Of a stretch of DNA of 64,000 bases, positions 1 to 12,149 are shown one piece after another (the first letter of the stretch is position 1; every line of letters starts with the position of its first letter). The position numbers and the translations under genes were made by a program. The notes beneath the pieces were generated by a model. The model had not been told where the DNA came from. It saw nothing but the letters and a program-made list of their open reading frames with translations, and ran no database searches. This DNA comes from Anaeramoeba ignava BMAN (taxonomy: Eukaryota > Protista > Anaeramoebae). The DNA is taken from contig JAPDFW010000109.1 of NCBI GenBank assembly GCA_028826165.1, forward strand, positions 124,001 through 188,000, in the 5' to 3' direction.

Positions 1-2618
1 TTGAATTTGAATTCATACACATTTTTAAATCCTTTTTTGGAACTTGAAACAACTTCAGATTGAATAATAATTTTCTTATAAATGTGATTAACAAGAATAT
101 TTGTCACAAATGAATTAATAAATTCGGAAATATTTTGGATGTTTTTGTTGTTAAAAAAGCACCAAAATTTTGAGGGAATGTTTTTGTTGGATTATAAGAA
201 AGAAAATTATTAATAAATTGATCGAAATTTCTTTTTTTTCTTGTTGGTTTTTTCTTAGAATTAATTTTTAAAAAGTAACAAGAATTAGGACCAAAAGTAT
301 GTTTCATTAACTGGAATATTTGTTTTGCTCTTTTTGTTTCATTCAAATTTAATAAATAATTTTGAATTTTATTTTGAATTTAATTTGAATTTATTTTGAA
401 TTTATTTTGAATTTAATTTTAAATTTAATTTTGAATTTAAAATTAAATTTATTTTTAATTTATTTTTAATTTATTTTGAATTTAATTTTAATTTATTTTG
501 AATTTATTTTGAATTGAATTTATTTTGAATTCATTTTGAATTTAAATATTTTGAATTTGAATTTATTTTGAATTTATTTTGAATTTATTTTAAATTTAAA
601 TTTATTTTGAATTAAATCTAAATTTTAAATTGAATTTATTGCAAATGTACTTTGCATCAGGAGTTGAAGAATCATGAACCAAAACATAATATCTAAGAAT
701 ATCTAAATCCATTATATTTTCTATCATAAATCTAGGTGGATTTGAAGGGTCAAATTGTTTAGTTAAAATTCTAACAGCTTCAACTGCTGTTGAAACTTCT
801 GAACTAACAACAGAAATACAAGCAATTGGTTGATCAATAGATCTTTGTTCAGATCCAATTAATAATTTAAAGAATTCTCTTCTGTAAATATCAAACCATG
901 GTGTTAAATTTTGGTTTTGAGTATCTTTTCAAAATTATAATTAAAATTAAAATTAAAATTAAAATTTAAATTAAAATTAAAATTAAAATTAAAATTAAAA
1001 TTAAAATTAAAATTAAAATTCATTTATAAAATTAAAATTAAAATTAAAATTAAAATTTAAAATTAATTTTAAAATTAAATTTAAAAATTTAATTTTAAAA
1101 TTAAAATTAAAATTAAAATTAAAATTAAAATTAAATTTAAAATTAAAATTAAAAATTAAAATTAAAATTTTAAAATTAAAATTAAAATTAAAATTATTAA
1201 AAATTAAAATTTAAAATTAAAAATTAAAGTTAAAATTAAAATTAAAATTAAAATTAAAATTCATTTAAAATTAAAATTTTAAAATTGAATTTAATTTAAA
1301 ATTAAAATTTAAATTGAAAATTAAAATTTATTAAAATTAAAATTTAAATTTAAAATTAAAATTAAAATTAAAATTAAAATTAAATTAAAATTAAAATTAA
1401 ATTAAATTTAATTTTAAAATTTTAAAATTAAATTTATAATTTATTTTAAAATTTTAAAATTAAAAATTTATAAAATTTATTTTAAAATTAAATTTATTTT
1501 TAAATTTATTTTTAAAATTTATTTTTAAAATTAATTTTAAAAAAATTAATTTTAAAATTTATTTTTAAAATTAATATTAAATTTTAAAATTAAATTTATA
1601 ATTAAAATTAAAATTAAAATTAAAATTAAAATTAAATTAAAATTAAAATTATAATAAAATTATAATTAAAATTAAAATTAAAATTAAATATTTTAAAATA
1701 AAAATCAAAAATAAAATTTGAAATTTAAAAATTAAAATTAAAATTAAAATTAAAATTAAAATTAAAATTGAAAATTAAAAAAAATTAAAATTAAAATTAT
1801 AATTAAAATTAAAATTAAAATTAAAATTAAAATTAAAATTAAAAATTCATTTATATTAAAATTAAAATTAAAATTAAAATTAAATTCAAAATTTAAAATT
1901 AAAATTAAAATTAAAATTAAAATTAAATTAAAATTAAAATTAAAATTAAAATTAAAATTATAATTAAAATTAAAATTAAAATTAAAATTAAAATTAAAAT
2001 TAAAATTAAAATTAAAATTAAAATTAAAAATTAAAATTAAAATTAAAATTAAATTAAAATTAAAATTAAAATTAAAATTAAAATTAAAATTAAAATTAAA
2101 ATTAAAATTAAAATTAAAATTAAAATTAAAATTAAAATTAAAATTAAAATTAAAATTAAAATTAAAATTTAAATTAAAATTAAAATTAAAATAAAAATGT
2201 TACATTGAAAAAAATTAATAGCATCTCTTTGAGAATTAATTCCTTGAATTTTATTAATTTTTTCAGATTTAAAATTATTTTTAATAATTGAATTAAGAAT
2301 TTTATGTTTTTTTTTTGAATTAGGTTTTTGAGCTTGTTTAAGAGAAAGAAATCTAACAAAAAAATCATCAATTTGTTTTATTGATTCAGAAGAATTAGTT
2401 TGTGAATTTTTTTTTGAAAGTTCTGGTGTTTTAATTATAAATTTTTGACTTGAAAAACATCTTAAAAGATTAATAAAAGAAACTCCATTTTTTTTTGCTA
2501 TTTTTTCTACTTCAGAATTTGTTATTATAAGTACAACTGGTGAATAAAATTGTGTAATCCATGAAATATATTCTTGTTGTGTTAATAATGTTTTTGATGG
2601 TGGAAGTAAAAGTGTCAT
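1..2618 (-). CDS. TRAPPC8: TRAPPC8/Trs85 (TRAPPIII subunit), 5' part; gene continues past the left edge
   Basis: Spliced reading gives SPVVLIITNSEVEKIAKKNGVSFINLLRCFS...TPWFDIYRREFL...PIACISVVSS...YVLVHDSS...IFQLMKHTFGPNSCYFLKINS...GAFLT, the TRAPPC8 N-terminal motif series. GT-AG introns at 925-2203 and 330-650. One-base A-run deletion near 141-147. Confidence 0.88.
940..2195. repeat. (AAAATT)n microsatellite filling TRAPPC8 intron 1
   Basis: About 1.25 kb of near-pure hexamer between the acceptor (925) and donor (2203). Confidence 0.95.
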
Positions 2619-2748
2619 TTTTAATAATTTTTATTTTTATGAAAAGAAAAAAATGAAAAATGAAAAAATGAAAAAATGAAAAAAAATCAAAATAAAAATC
2701 AAAATCAAAATCAAAATCAAAATTAAAATAAAAATCAAAATCAAAAAT

Positions 2749-3167
2749 TGTTTTAAAATTTGTTTTAAAATTTGTTTTAAAATTTGTTTTAAAATTTGTT
2801 TTGAAATTTGTTTTAAAATTTGTTTTAAAATTTGTTTTAAAATTTGTTTTAAAATTTGTTTTAAAATTTGTTTTAAAATTTGTTTTAAAATTTGTTTTAA
2901 AATTTGTTTTAAAATTTGTTTTAAAATTTGTTTTAAAATTTGTTTTAAAATTTGTTTTAAAATTTGTTTTAAAATTTGTTTTGAAATTTGTTTTAAAATT
3001 TGTTTTGAAATTTGTTTTAAAATTTGTTTTAAAATTTGTTTTGAAATTTGTTTTGAAATTTGTTTTGAAATTTGTTTTAAAATTTGTTTTAAAATTTGTT
3101 TTGAAATTTGTTTTAAAATTTGTTTTAAAATTTGTTTTAAAATTTGTTTTGAAATTTGTTTTGAAAT
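2749..3167. repeat. 12-bp tandem repeat (TTTGTTTTAAAA / TTTGTTTTGAAA), about 35 copies, intergenic
   Basis: Visible directly; it produces the spurious (KFVL)n ORF. Confidence 0.95.
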
Positions 3168-6100
3168 TTAATTATATTTTGCAAATTTTTTTGCTTCTTT
3201 TTCATCACGATGATTCAAAACATAATAAATATTAAGTTTTGTAAAAGGTTGAATTTCTTCAAGATCATAAGATAAAGCATAAAAAGTTTGAATTAAATCA
3301 TTAGTTCTTATTGGAAATAAAGAGAGAATAATTTGCTTCAAATTTTCAAAAGCAATTTTTGCTTTTTGTTCCGAAATTCCTTGACAAACACCATCATCAT
3401 CTTTTCCCAAAAAGAATTCAATAGAATCCTCAATATCCTCAATTAAAATTCCTGCATCTTCACGTGAAAAAAACCGATTTTTTCCATCAAAAATAACTTT
3501 TTCATAACATTTAACATAATTCAAAAATATTTTATCAAGAATATTTTGTCTTGCAATTTCATCATCAACTAAATCAATCATTTCACAAATAATTTGATCC
3601 AATGCTTTCAATAAAATTTCCAAAGTTGATTTTTGGGTTTTTTCATAAAGTGAATCCAAAAACACATTTTTGAGCTCGAAAAAAATAACATGAGCTCCAA
3701 TATAATCGACAATTTTGGGAACGCAAGAATCATGAATGAAATTTTTCAAATCAACAAGATATGTTGTTATTGTTGAAACATCAATATTATTAATTTCTCC
3801 AATTTCTTCAAATTGATAAATTTTGTTATTTTTTTCGTGAATTTGTTGTAAAAAATTTTCAAAATCATCCTGAATTTCAAATGCTTTTTTTTCACAAACA
3901 AAAAGATTATTCAATCTTAAACAAAGTTTTTGGAATGTGTATTTTTTAAAGAGTGGATCTTCAGGAATGGGAATTGGATCATGCCATTCTCTATGTTTTT
4001 TCTTTTTCAATCCAACTTTTTTTGCAATCATTCCACTTTTTTTGCGGAATTTATAATATTTCTTCTTCTTTTTCTTTTCTTGTGGTTGAATATTTGTTTT
4101 TATTTGTTCTTTTTTTTCTGGTAAACTAATTGTGATTTTTTCGCAGTATTTTTTTATTGTTTCCATAACAACTTTTGAAGCTTTTGTGCACATTGTTTGG
4201 GATGTTTCTTTTGTTGCAATTTGATTTAATACTGGGATTACTGTTTCCAGCATTGAGAATAGGTCGTGGATAGATGTTGAATAGAATCTTTAATTTTGAT
4301 TTTGAATTTAATTTGATTAATTTTAATTTGAATTTTAATTTTAATTTTAATTTTGAATTTTAATTTGAATTTTAATTTTCAAATTGATTTGATTTGATTT
4401 AAATTTTCAAATTGGTTTGATTTAAATTTTCAAATTGATTTGAATTTTAATTTGAATTTTAATTTGAATTTTAATTTAATTTTAATTTTAATTTTAATTT
4501 TTGAATTTAATTTTGAATTTTAATTTTGATTTGATTTTTAATTTGATTTGATTTAAATTTGAATTTTCAAATTGATTTGAATTTTAATTTGATTTGATTT
4601 GATTTGATTTGATTTGATTTAAATTTTCAAATTGATTTGAATTGATTTGATTTAATTTGATTTAATTTAAATTTTCAAATTGATTTGATTTGATTTAAAT
4701 TTTCAAATTGATTTGATTTAAATTTGATTTTTAATTTGATTTAATTTGATTTGATTTGATTTGATTTGATTTAAATTTTCAGATTGATTTGATTTGATTT
4801 GATTTGATTTAAATTTTCAAATTGATTTGATTTTAATTTTAATTTGATTTGATTTAATTTTAAATTTTCAAATTGATTTGATTTGATTTTATTTAAATTT
4901 TCAAATTGATTTAAATTTTCAAATTGATTTGATTTAATTTAAATTTTCAAATAGATTTAAATTTTCAAATTGATTTTGATTTGAATTTACTCTTTTTCTG
5001 TCTCCCAAGCATCTAAAATTATTGCTCTTTCAACCCAAATCGTAAATTTTTTATCAATTGATTCAATCCATTGCAAAAAAGGTGCCATTATTAATTCAGT
5101 TAAATCAGGTAAATGTTCTTTTGAAATTCCATGACTTAAAAAAAATTTTTCCATTGATAAAATTTCATTCCAAATTTTTGTTGCTTCTAAATTAATATCA
5201 TTAAGTGAACAAAAAAAAGATAAAATATCTTTTGAATATAACTTCGAATATGATGTTAAAATGAAGGTTTTTGCTTCAGAATCAAATTGTTCAAAAATTG
5301 GAACAAAATTCTATTTTCCAAAAAATTTAAATATTAATATTCAATTTTAAATTATAAATTTTAAATTGCAAATTCTCTACTTCAATTTCTTTCAAAAGTT
5401 CTTCTTTTAAAGTTGTCAAAAGTTGATAAAATTGAATTGATTCAGATTGTTGGGAAAATTCTTGTTTAACAGTTTGATAGAAAAATCTTGTATAAGAAGA
5501 AATAATATTTTTCAATAAAGCATTTCCTGATTTACTTTTTGGATTCAAAACATCTTTTGTAATTTTTAATACTTGATAAAAAATTGAAATATATTGAGAA
5601 TTCTCCCAAAAAAATTTTCGTGAATTTTCTAAATAAGGTCGAATTATAATTGAAATTTCTTTTAAAATGTTGATTGGATCATTTTTCTGAATTCCTTGTT
5701 TTTCAATTTCTTTTAAAGGCTCTAAAAATAATTGAATAATTTTAAAACTTTCATTTAAAACTTCCAAACTTTCATCAACAATTGATTTCTTAAAAAATTC
5801 AACCAAAATTTCTAATCGAATAAAATTTTGGTAATAATTTGGAATTTGATAACATCCAAGAAAAATTTCAATTTCTTTCATCAATTCTTTTGATTCTGAA
5901 ATTAATTCAACAGATAAAATTGTTTTTTGAGTTTCATTTTCTTCAATTAAATGATGGATCATAAATTCTTTTTGGATTTCTTTTTCTTCAATATCAAAAA
6001 TTGTACTTAAAAGTGATTTATAAAGTTTATATATAATTTCATTTGAATAAAATATCAAGCTTGATTCTTCAACTATTATATTTATTTATTTATTATTTAT

Positions 6101-7392
6101 TTTTATTTTTACTTTTTTTGCTATTTTTCTTTTACTTGAATTTGGAATTTTTTCTTTTGGATAAATTTGATTAATTAATTCAATAATTAAAACTTCTGTT
6201 TCTTTGATACTTTCTAAAAAAAATTGATTTTTTTCTTGATCTAAAAAAGAAATTTGATTTTTCAATTCAATAAAAGTTTTTTAAAAGTTTTTTAAAAGTT
6301 TTTTTACTTTCTTGATCTTGAAATTGAACTAATTTTTGGAATTGATTTGAAATTTCTAAAATTAATTTTCTTTTTTGAATTTTTGAATCTTTCATGATCC
6401 ATTTATCATTTATAGGATTTGATGTTTCAAGAAATTCAATAAATTGATTAGCAAATAATAACAACTTTTTTTTTTTTTTAAATTTTATAAAATGATTAAA
6501 ATTTTAATTTTCATCTCAATTTTCTATTTTTTTTTTACTTGTCTTTTTCTCCATCTTTGATAATAATTTTGAGAAACAAAATTATTTTGATTAATTTTTT
6601 TAAGTAAATAAAATCTAAAATTAATAGATAAAACAAATTCTAAAGGAAAACTTTTTGCAAGCTAAATTTTTAAATGAAATTTTTAATTTAAATTTTTAAA
6701 TGAAATTTTTAATTTAATTTACTTGCAAAATTCCAATTAATTGATTATGATGAGAATTATTAATATGAAGTTGAGGACGAATTATATCAGTTATAATTTG
6801 ATTAATCTACAAAAATTTAATTTAAATTGAATTTAATCTAAAATTAATTTAAAATGAATTTTTACATCTTCAAATTTTTGGCAATGAATCCATAATAATT
6901 GTTCATAAGAAGCAATCTAAAAATAAATATAAAATAAATATAAAATAAATTTTAAATAAAAAGAACAAACATCTAAATCTTCTTTTTCTAATTGAAAATT
7001 ATTAATAAATAAATTTGATTTTTGAATAGATTGAGTTCTAGAATCACTTCTAATTAAATTTAAATTTAAATTTTCATTTAGATTTTCATTTTCATTTAAA
7101 TTTTCATTTCTAATTAAATCGTTTTGAAAAGATCTTAAATCAAATTTTTCATTTTTTTGTAGACTTTCTAATAATTGATCAATCGGAACATTTTCCCATT
7201 GAATATTATCAATTGATTTTTTATTATCTAAAATGAAATTTTGTCTTTCTAAATTAAAAATAAGTTTAACTAATTGTAATGTCTCTAAATTTTGTTGATT
7301 GCTTTTTTTTTTTTATTTAAAATTTAAAATTTAAAATTTATAATTTATAATTGTTTTAAAAAATCTAAATTTAAAACGAAATTATACTTCAT
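3168..7392 (-). CDS. PATROL1/DUF810-type Munc13-like (MUN domain) protein, 10 exons
   Basis: Frame-consistent GT-AG introns at 7302-7387, 6917-6970, 6807-6865, 6662-6722, 6465-6538, 6241-6307, 6073-6135, 5311-5380 and 4288-4990. Motifs LEKEDLDIASYEQL, YQRWRKRQLLLF, STSIHDLF, KLCLRLNNL and DGKNRFFSREDAGILIEDIEDSIEFF resemble plant PATROL1/unc-13 homologs. Confidence 0.75.
4290..4985. repeat. Mixed (GATTT)n / AAATTTTCAAATT low-complexity repeat filling an intron
   Basis: Visible directly between splice sites 4288 and 4990. Confidence 0.9.
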
Positions 7393-7478
7393 TTCTAAAA
7401 AAAAGGAAAAAAAGAAAATGAGAAAAAATGAAAAAAAAATTTTAAAAATTTTTTCATTTTTTTTTTCTTTTTTAAAAA
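7393..7478. promoter_or_regulatory. 86-bp bidirectional promoter-like interval with opposed TCATTTTTT elements
   Basis: Divergent ATGs at 7392 (-) and 7479 (+). AAAAAATGA on the left half and TCATTTTTT on the right half. Confidence 0.55.
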
Positions 7479-9823
7479 ATGAAAAATTATAATTTAAAAA
7501 GAACTAAAGATATAATCATTTTATTAATTGGATTTATTATAATTCTTTATTTTACTTTCAATTACAAACAATCAATAAATTTAAAACCTTCATTTTTTAT
7601 TGAAATTGATCCAATTTTATATAGAAATCATAAATATCCAAGTTTTGGAGAAGATTTGCCTAAACCAATTATAGAAGATATAGATGGAGATGGATTAAAT
7701 GAAATAATAATATCAACTCGAGAACCAAAACTTAAAATATATAAATTAAATTCTGAAGTAAAAAAACGAAAAATAAAAAAGAAAGAAATTTTCAAGTTGA
7801 AAATTTTAACTGAAAAAAAATTTTTTAAATTTTCCAAAAAAAAAAAAAAAAAAAGACACAAAAATGTCTTGATAAAATTCATGGAAGTTTAGAATACAAA
7901 AATTTTTGCGAAATAAAACCAATTAAAGAAGTTTCACTTCTTTCTAAAACAAAATCAATTGCATTTTCAAAAGGAAGAAATCCAATTGCAACTCAAATAG
8001 GATTTATTGAAGAAGGAAAGCAATCAAGTTTAATTATTATTGTAGTAACTGAATCATGGAATATAATTTGTTTAGATAGAAATTTAAATATTATATGGGA
8101 AACCTCACCAACACTTAATTTACAAACAAAATATTATCATTCAGAAATATCCATTTTAATTACGCATCATAAATTATATAAAGATGATATTGGAATGATT
8201 ATTATTGGAGGAAAAATGAAAACGAAACAAAATCAAGATGAAAGCAATAATAATAATAAAAATAATGATAATGATAATAATGATGATGATGATTATTTTA
8301 ATGGAAAAGAAAGCTATTCAAAAGAAAATCAACATAAATATTCAGAATCTATTGGTGATTTATTAGATTTAATTGATTATAATGATATTGATAATTATAA
8401 TGACAACCAAAATGAAAAAAAACCCAAGAAAATCAAAAATGCTAAAAATTTTTGTTATTATGCTTTGGAGGGAAGAACTGGTGATTTGAGATGGAGTCAA
8501 GAAATTGTTGATTCAGATTATAACGAATTTAATTTTGTTGATGAAATTTTCCAGAATATCAAGGGATTCAAAAACTTTGATCAATCAAACAACCCCAAGA
8601 ATATTAACTGGAGGAAATTTCGACAATCCTTTATTAATTGCTTGCCACATAAATGGGAATCGAGAGATGATACCAAATTTGAAGTCAAACATTTTGCGGA
8701 AGATCGACACACTCAAACAATGAAAAAAAGAGAGAATTTATTAATGGATACAAAATCGCCAAATGTATTTGTGAGTCACACAGAAAATGGGATTTATGTG
8801 ATGAATTTATACACAGGCCAAATTATAACACAGATGGCCTTGGAAAATGATGGGGTATATGCTGACATCAATAACGATAATGCTATCGAACATGTTTTCA
8901 CGTTGGACAATAAAAATCCGAAACAATCCCAAAAACAATATGCTTATCAAAATGGATTTTCCACAAACGCAAATATTGATAATCGAATATCTCAATTTGA
9001 TGCAGTTTCCACAACAGGATTTCCTTTGACGGATTTGTTATGGAAAGAAAAATTGCCAATCTCGGATGATTATATTGAGTATTCTAATAATCCCGAAGAT
9101 TTATTAAAACCAAATGGAAACGAGGTCAAAAAATCACAAGAAGTTTTCCCACTAAATCCATTATTAATTCAGCCGATTGGAAAAACAAGAAGTACTCCAG
9201 TTATTGAATCCAAAAACGGAGAAGATGATATTGATATTTTCGGGATTCAAGAACAGAATGCTATGCATGATTCGATATTCGCTTTGAATACAGGAGAAGT
9301 GTTCTCTTATGACTCTTATGGCTTTTTAAATTGGAAACAAAACACTGAATCCATTTGGCTAAGTTCGAAATTTACAAAAGAAAAATCAAAAGATTTCATT
9401 TCATACTCAAAACCTTTGATTTCTGGGTTTTCTCACGAAATACTCTTTATTGGAGCTGATAAAATGAGCATTTTGTCTGCAAAAAACGGCAAAATTTTAT
9501 CAACTTATTCAATACCTGATTTCCAAAACTCGCCTTTTTCAGGTAGAATCATTCAAGGTGATTTTAATAATGATGGGTTAGTGGATTTGATTTTGGAAAC
9601 ACGAACTGGATATTTAGGTTTTTCTCAACCTAAATCTAGTGTTTTTATTTATCAGAATTTTTTCCGATTTTTGTTTGTTCTATTCGCTGTTTTGGTTGTT
9701 ATTATTTTATTATGTTTTTCTTCAAGATCTTTTTCCAAATATGAAATTTATGGAGGAAGAAAATCAAAAAGATTAATTCCTAAAAAGAAAAAAATGAAAG
9801 AATCAACAAGATTTCATTTATAA
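7479..9823 (+). CDS. FG-GAP repeat membrane protein (plant NERD1-like), 2 exons
   Basis: Phase-0 intron 7758-7855 joins the two ORFs. N-terminal hydrophobic anchor, LPKPIIEDIDGDGLNEIII, YYALEGRTGDLRWS, FRQSFINCLPHKWESRDDT, GDFNNDGLVDLI and a C-terminal TM helix. Confidence 0.8.
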
Positions 9824-9945
9824 AAAATAATAATAAATTAAAAAACCGAAATATATAAAAGAAAAGAAAGAAATTTTTTTTTTTTGAAATAAAAAATTTT
9901 TCATTTTTTTTCTTTCATTGAAAATTGGAAAATTAAAAATAAAAA

Positions 9946-10493
9946 ATGAATTCTTTATCACAAAAAATAATTGAAATTAAAATTAAACAAATTCTTGAAA
10001 AAAAGTAAACAAAAATTTTTTATAATCTTTAATTTTAAAATTTTCTAATTTTTTTAAATTTTTTTTAAAAAAAAAAAAAAGACCAACAACTTCAAAAAGA
10101 AAAATAAGAAAAAAAATAGAAATTAGTTTTAATCTTGGAAAAGGGAAGTTAAAACCTTTTAAAAGAGAGTTATATGAACTTATAAAAAAATATAAAAAAG
10201 AAATTACAAATTCTAAGAAATTAGAAAAAAACAAAAAACGGAAAGAATCAACAGAAAATGAAGAACAAGAAAAAAAGGGAGTTTCAAACCAAGAATTTTT
10301 AGTTGATATTGGGGAAAGTTTTAAAGTTTCTTTTCACACATTTGGAAATAAACCACATTTAAATATTAGAAAATATTTTATTAGAGATGGTCAATATTTT
10401 CCATCAACTGGAGTATTTTTATCGTTTGAACAATGGGAAGAATTAAAAGAAGTTGAAGATGGGGTTAAAGATGCATACGAGAAAATGAAATGA
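9946..10493 (+). CDS. PC4/Sub1-domain transcriptional coactivator with N-terminal DEK_C-like segment (KELP-like), 2 exons; absent from the ORF track
   Basis: ATG 9946, phase-2 intron 10005-10081, TGA 10491-10493. C-terminus FKVSFHTFGNKPHLNIRKYFIRDGQYFPSTGVFLSFEQWEELK is a PC4 ssDNA-binding domain pattern. Confidence 0.82.
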
Positions 10494-10691
10494 AATGATT
10501 TTCTTTTTTTTTTTAATTAAAATATTCTCTCAAATTTTTTATCAAATATTGAATTTGGATTGAAATTGAAACTTTTACAAACTATTTACTTTCAAATTAA
10601 TTGAAAAATTTTTACAAACTATTTACTTCCAAATTAATTAAAATTTATTCAAAATATTATTTACTTCCAAATTCTTTCTTTTTATAAATTT

Positions 10692-12107
10692 TCAAATCAA
10701 ATTTAAATTTATATTATTAATCAATTTCTCTTCAATTCTAATTCTTGTTTTGTTAAAATTTGTTTGTATTTCTGGAAATTGCTCTTCAGGAAAAATTATA
10801 TTCAAACATTCTTTTCGAAAAGAGAAATCAAAGGAACGAGAAATTATTCTTGTGAATGAAAATGAGACTGTTGATGAAATTTCTCGAATTTTTTGTGTTT
10901 TTTTGCTTCCATTGATCCTTTTTTTTGTAACAACAATCTTCTTTTCTTTGAATAATTTTCCTAAACTTTGAGAAATGGAATTATCCAAAATGGGAATAAA
11001 TTCAGTTTTTTGGTTTTGTAAATTTTGGAAAGGAAGTTGATTTTCTATTTGAATATTTAGGAAACATATTAGATTAGAGTTGGCAGAATTAAAAGGAGAT
11101 GAAATTGGAAATGAAATTGGAGACAAATACAATTCGTTGAAATATTGTGGGAAACACTTTTTTGGATTGAGTAAACTTATTCCAAATTTCCACCAACTAA
11201 AATGAGTTTCGAGAAAATCCTGAAAAAATTCAGAAATGGTTGATTCGTTATTTTGAAAAAAAGGGAATGGTTGATTATTGATATAAATTTGGATAATTAA
11301 ATTTTGGTGATTTGATCCATTTTTAAAAAGAAAACAATAAGATTGACAAGTAATTTTTTCTGATGAAGAGATTGAATGGAAAATTTTTGGTTTTTTGGAT
11401 AAGTTTTGCTGTTCAACTTCAAAAAGATCTAAAATTCCTTTTTTCCAAAAGAGTGGAACATTTTGAGAATTTTGATTTTTAGATTTTTGAGTTATTTTTT
11501 CGAATTGGAAAAGGGAATCAAAGAATTCAATCTGGAAAATGGTTTTTGGATTAGGAATTTTGAACAAAAGAAGAATTTTTTTAATATTCTGGATTAATAA
11601 AGGAAGATTTTTATCTTTTGGATTTGAAATTCTAAAGGAAATTGAATTTGAATTTGAATTTGAATTTGAATTTGAATTTAAGAATCTTTTTGAAATTAAT
11701 TTAAAATCATTTGAATCTTTTAAAAATTGATAAGAATTTTGAATTTTTTTTCCTTTAAAAATGGAAATGATTTGAAAAATTTTTTCTTGATTAATTGATT
11801 TTTGATAAATTTCTTTCATTAATATTTTTAAATTTTCTTCATTAAAAATTTGGGAATTATTTGTAATTTTTGTTTTAACTTTAAATTGGATTGAATCTTC
11901 TAAGTTTATTAAAGAAATTTTAATTAATTTGAATTTAATTTTGAAAGGGTTTGAATTTTCTTGTTTTTTTTGAAATAAAAAAGAAAGAATTTTTTCAATT
12001 AAAAAGAAAATGAATGATTGAAAATTGATTTTATATTTCCAAATAAAAAAAGGGTTTTTGAATTGATTTTGATGAAACAATGAATTATTAGAATTTTTTC
12101 CAAACAT
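10692..12107 (-). CDS. Probable meiotic topoisomerase VIB-like protein (TOPOVIBL/MTOPVIB family)
   Basis: 471 aa. FSWWKFGISL resembles the WKxYG transducer motif. C-terminal VSFSFTRIISRSFDFSFRKECLNII resembles the conserved 'I/L-x-x-S-x-D-x-x-F-R/Q-x-x-C' helix of MTOPVIB/TOP6BL. Recognised by eye only. Confidence 0.6.
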   Translation of the reverse strand: MFGKNSNNSLFHQNQFKNPFFIWKYKINFQSFIFFLIEKILSFLFQKKQENSNPFKIKFKLIKISLINLEDSIQFKVKTKITNNSQIFNEENLKILMKEIYQKSINQEKIFQIISIFKGKKIQNSYQFLKDSNDFKLISKRFLNSNSNSNSNSNSISFRISNPKDKNLPLLIQNIKKILLLFKIPNPKTIFQIEFFDSLFQFEKITQKSKNQNSQNVPLFWKKGILDLFEVEQQNLSKKPKIFHSISSSEKITCQSYCFLFKNGSNHQNLIIQIYINNQPFPFFQNNESTISEFFQDFLETHFSWWKFGISLLNPKKCFPQYFNELYLSPISFPISSPFNSANSNLICFLNIQIENQLPFQNLQNQKTEFIPILDNSISQSLGKLFKEKKIVVTKKRINGSKKTQKIREISSTVSFSFTRIISRSFDFSFRKECLNIIFPEEQFPEIQTNFNKTRIRIEEKLINNINLNLI

Positions 12108-12149
12108 TTTTTTTTTAAGAAGAAAACAAAAAAAATGAAATAAAAAAAT

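Noticed and set aside
940-2195. Telomeric repeat or chromosome end
   Set aside because: (AAAATT)n lacks a G-rich strand and lies inside an intron and between genes.
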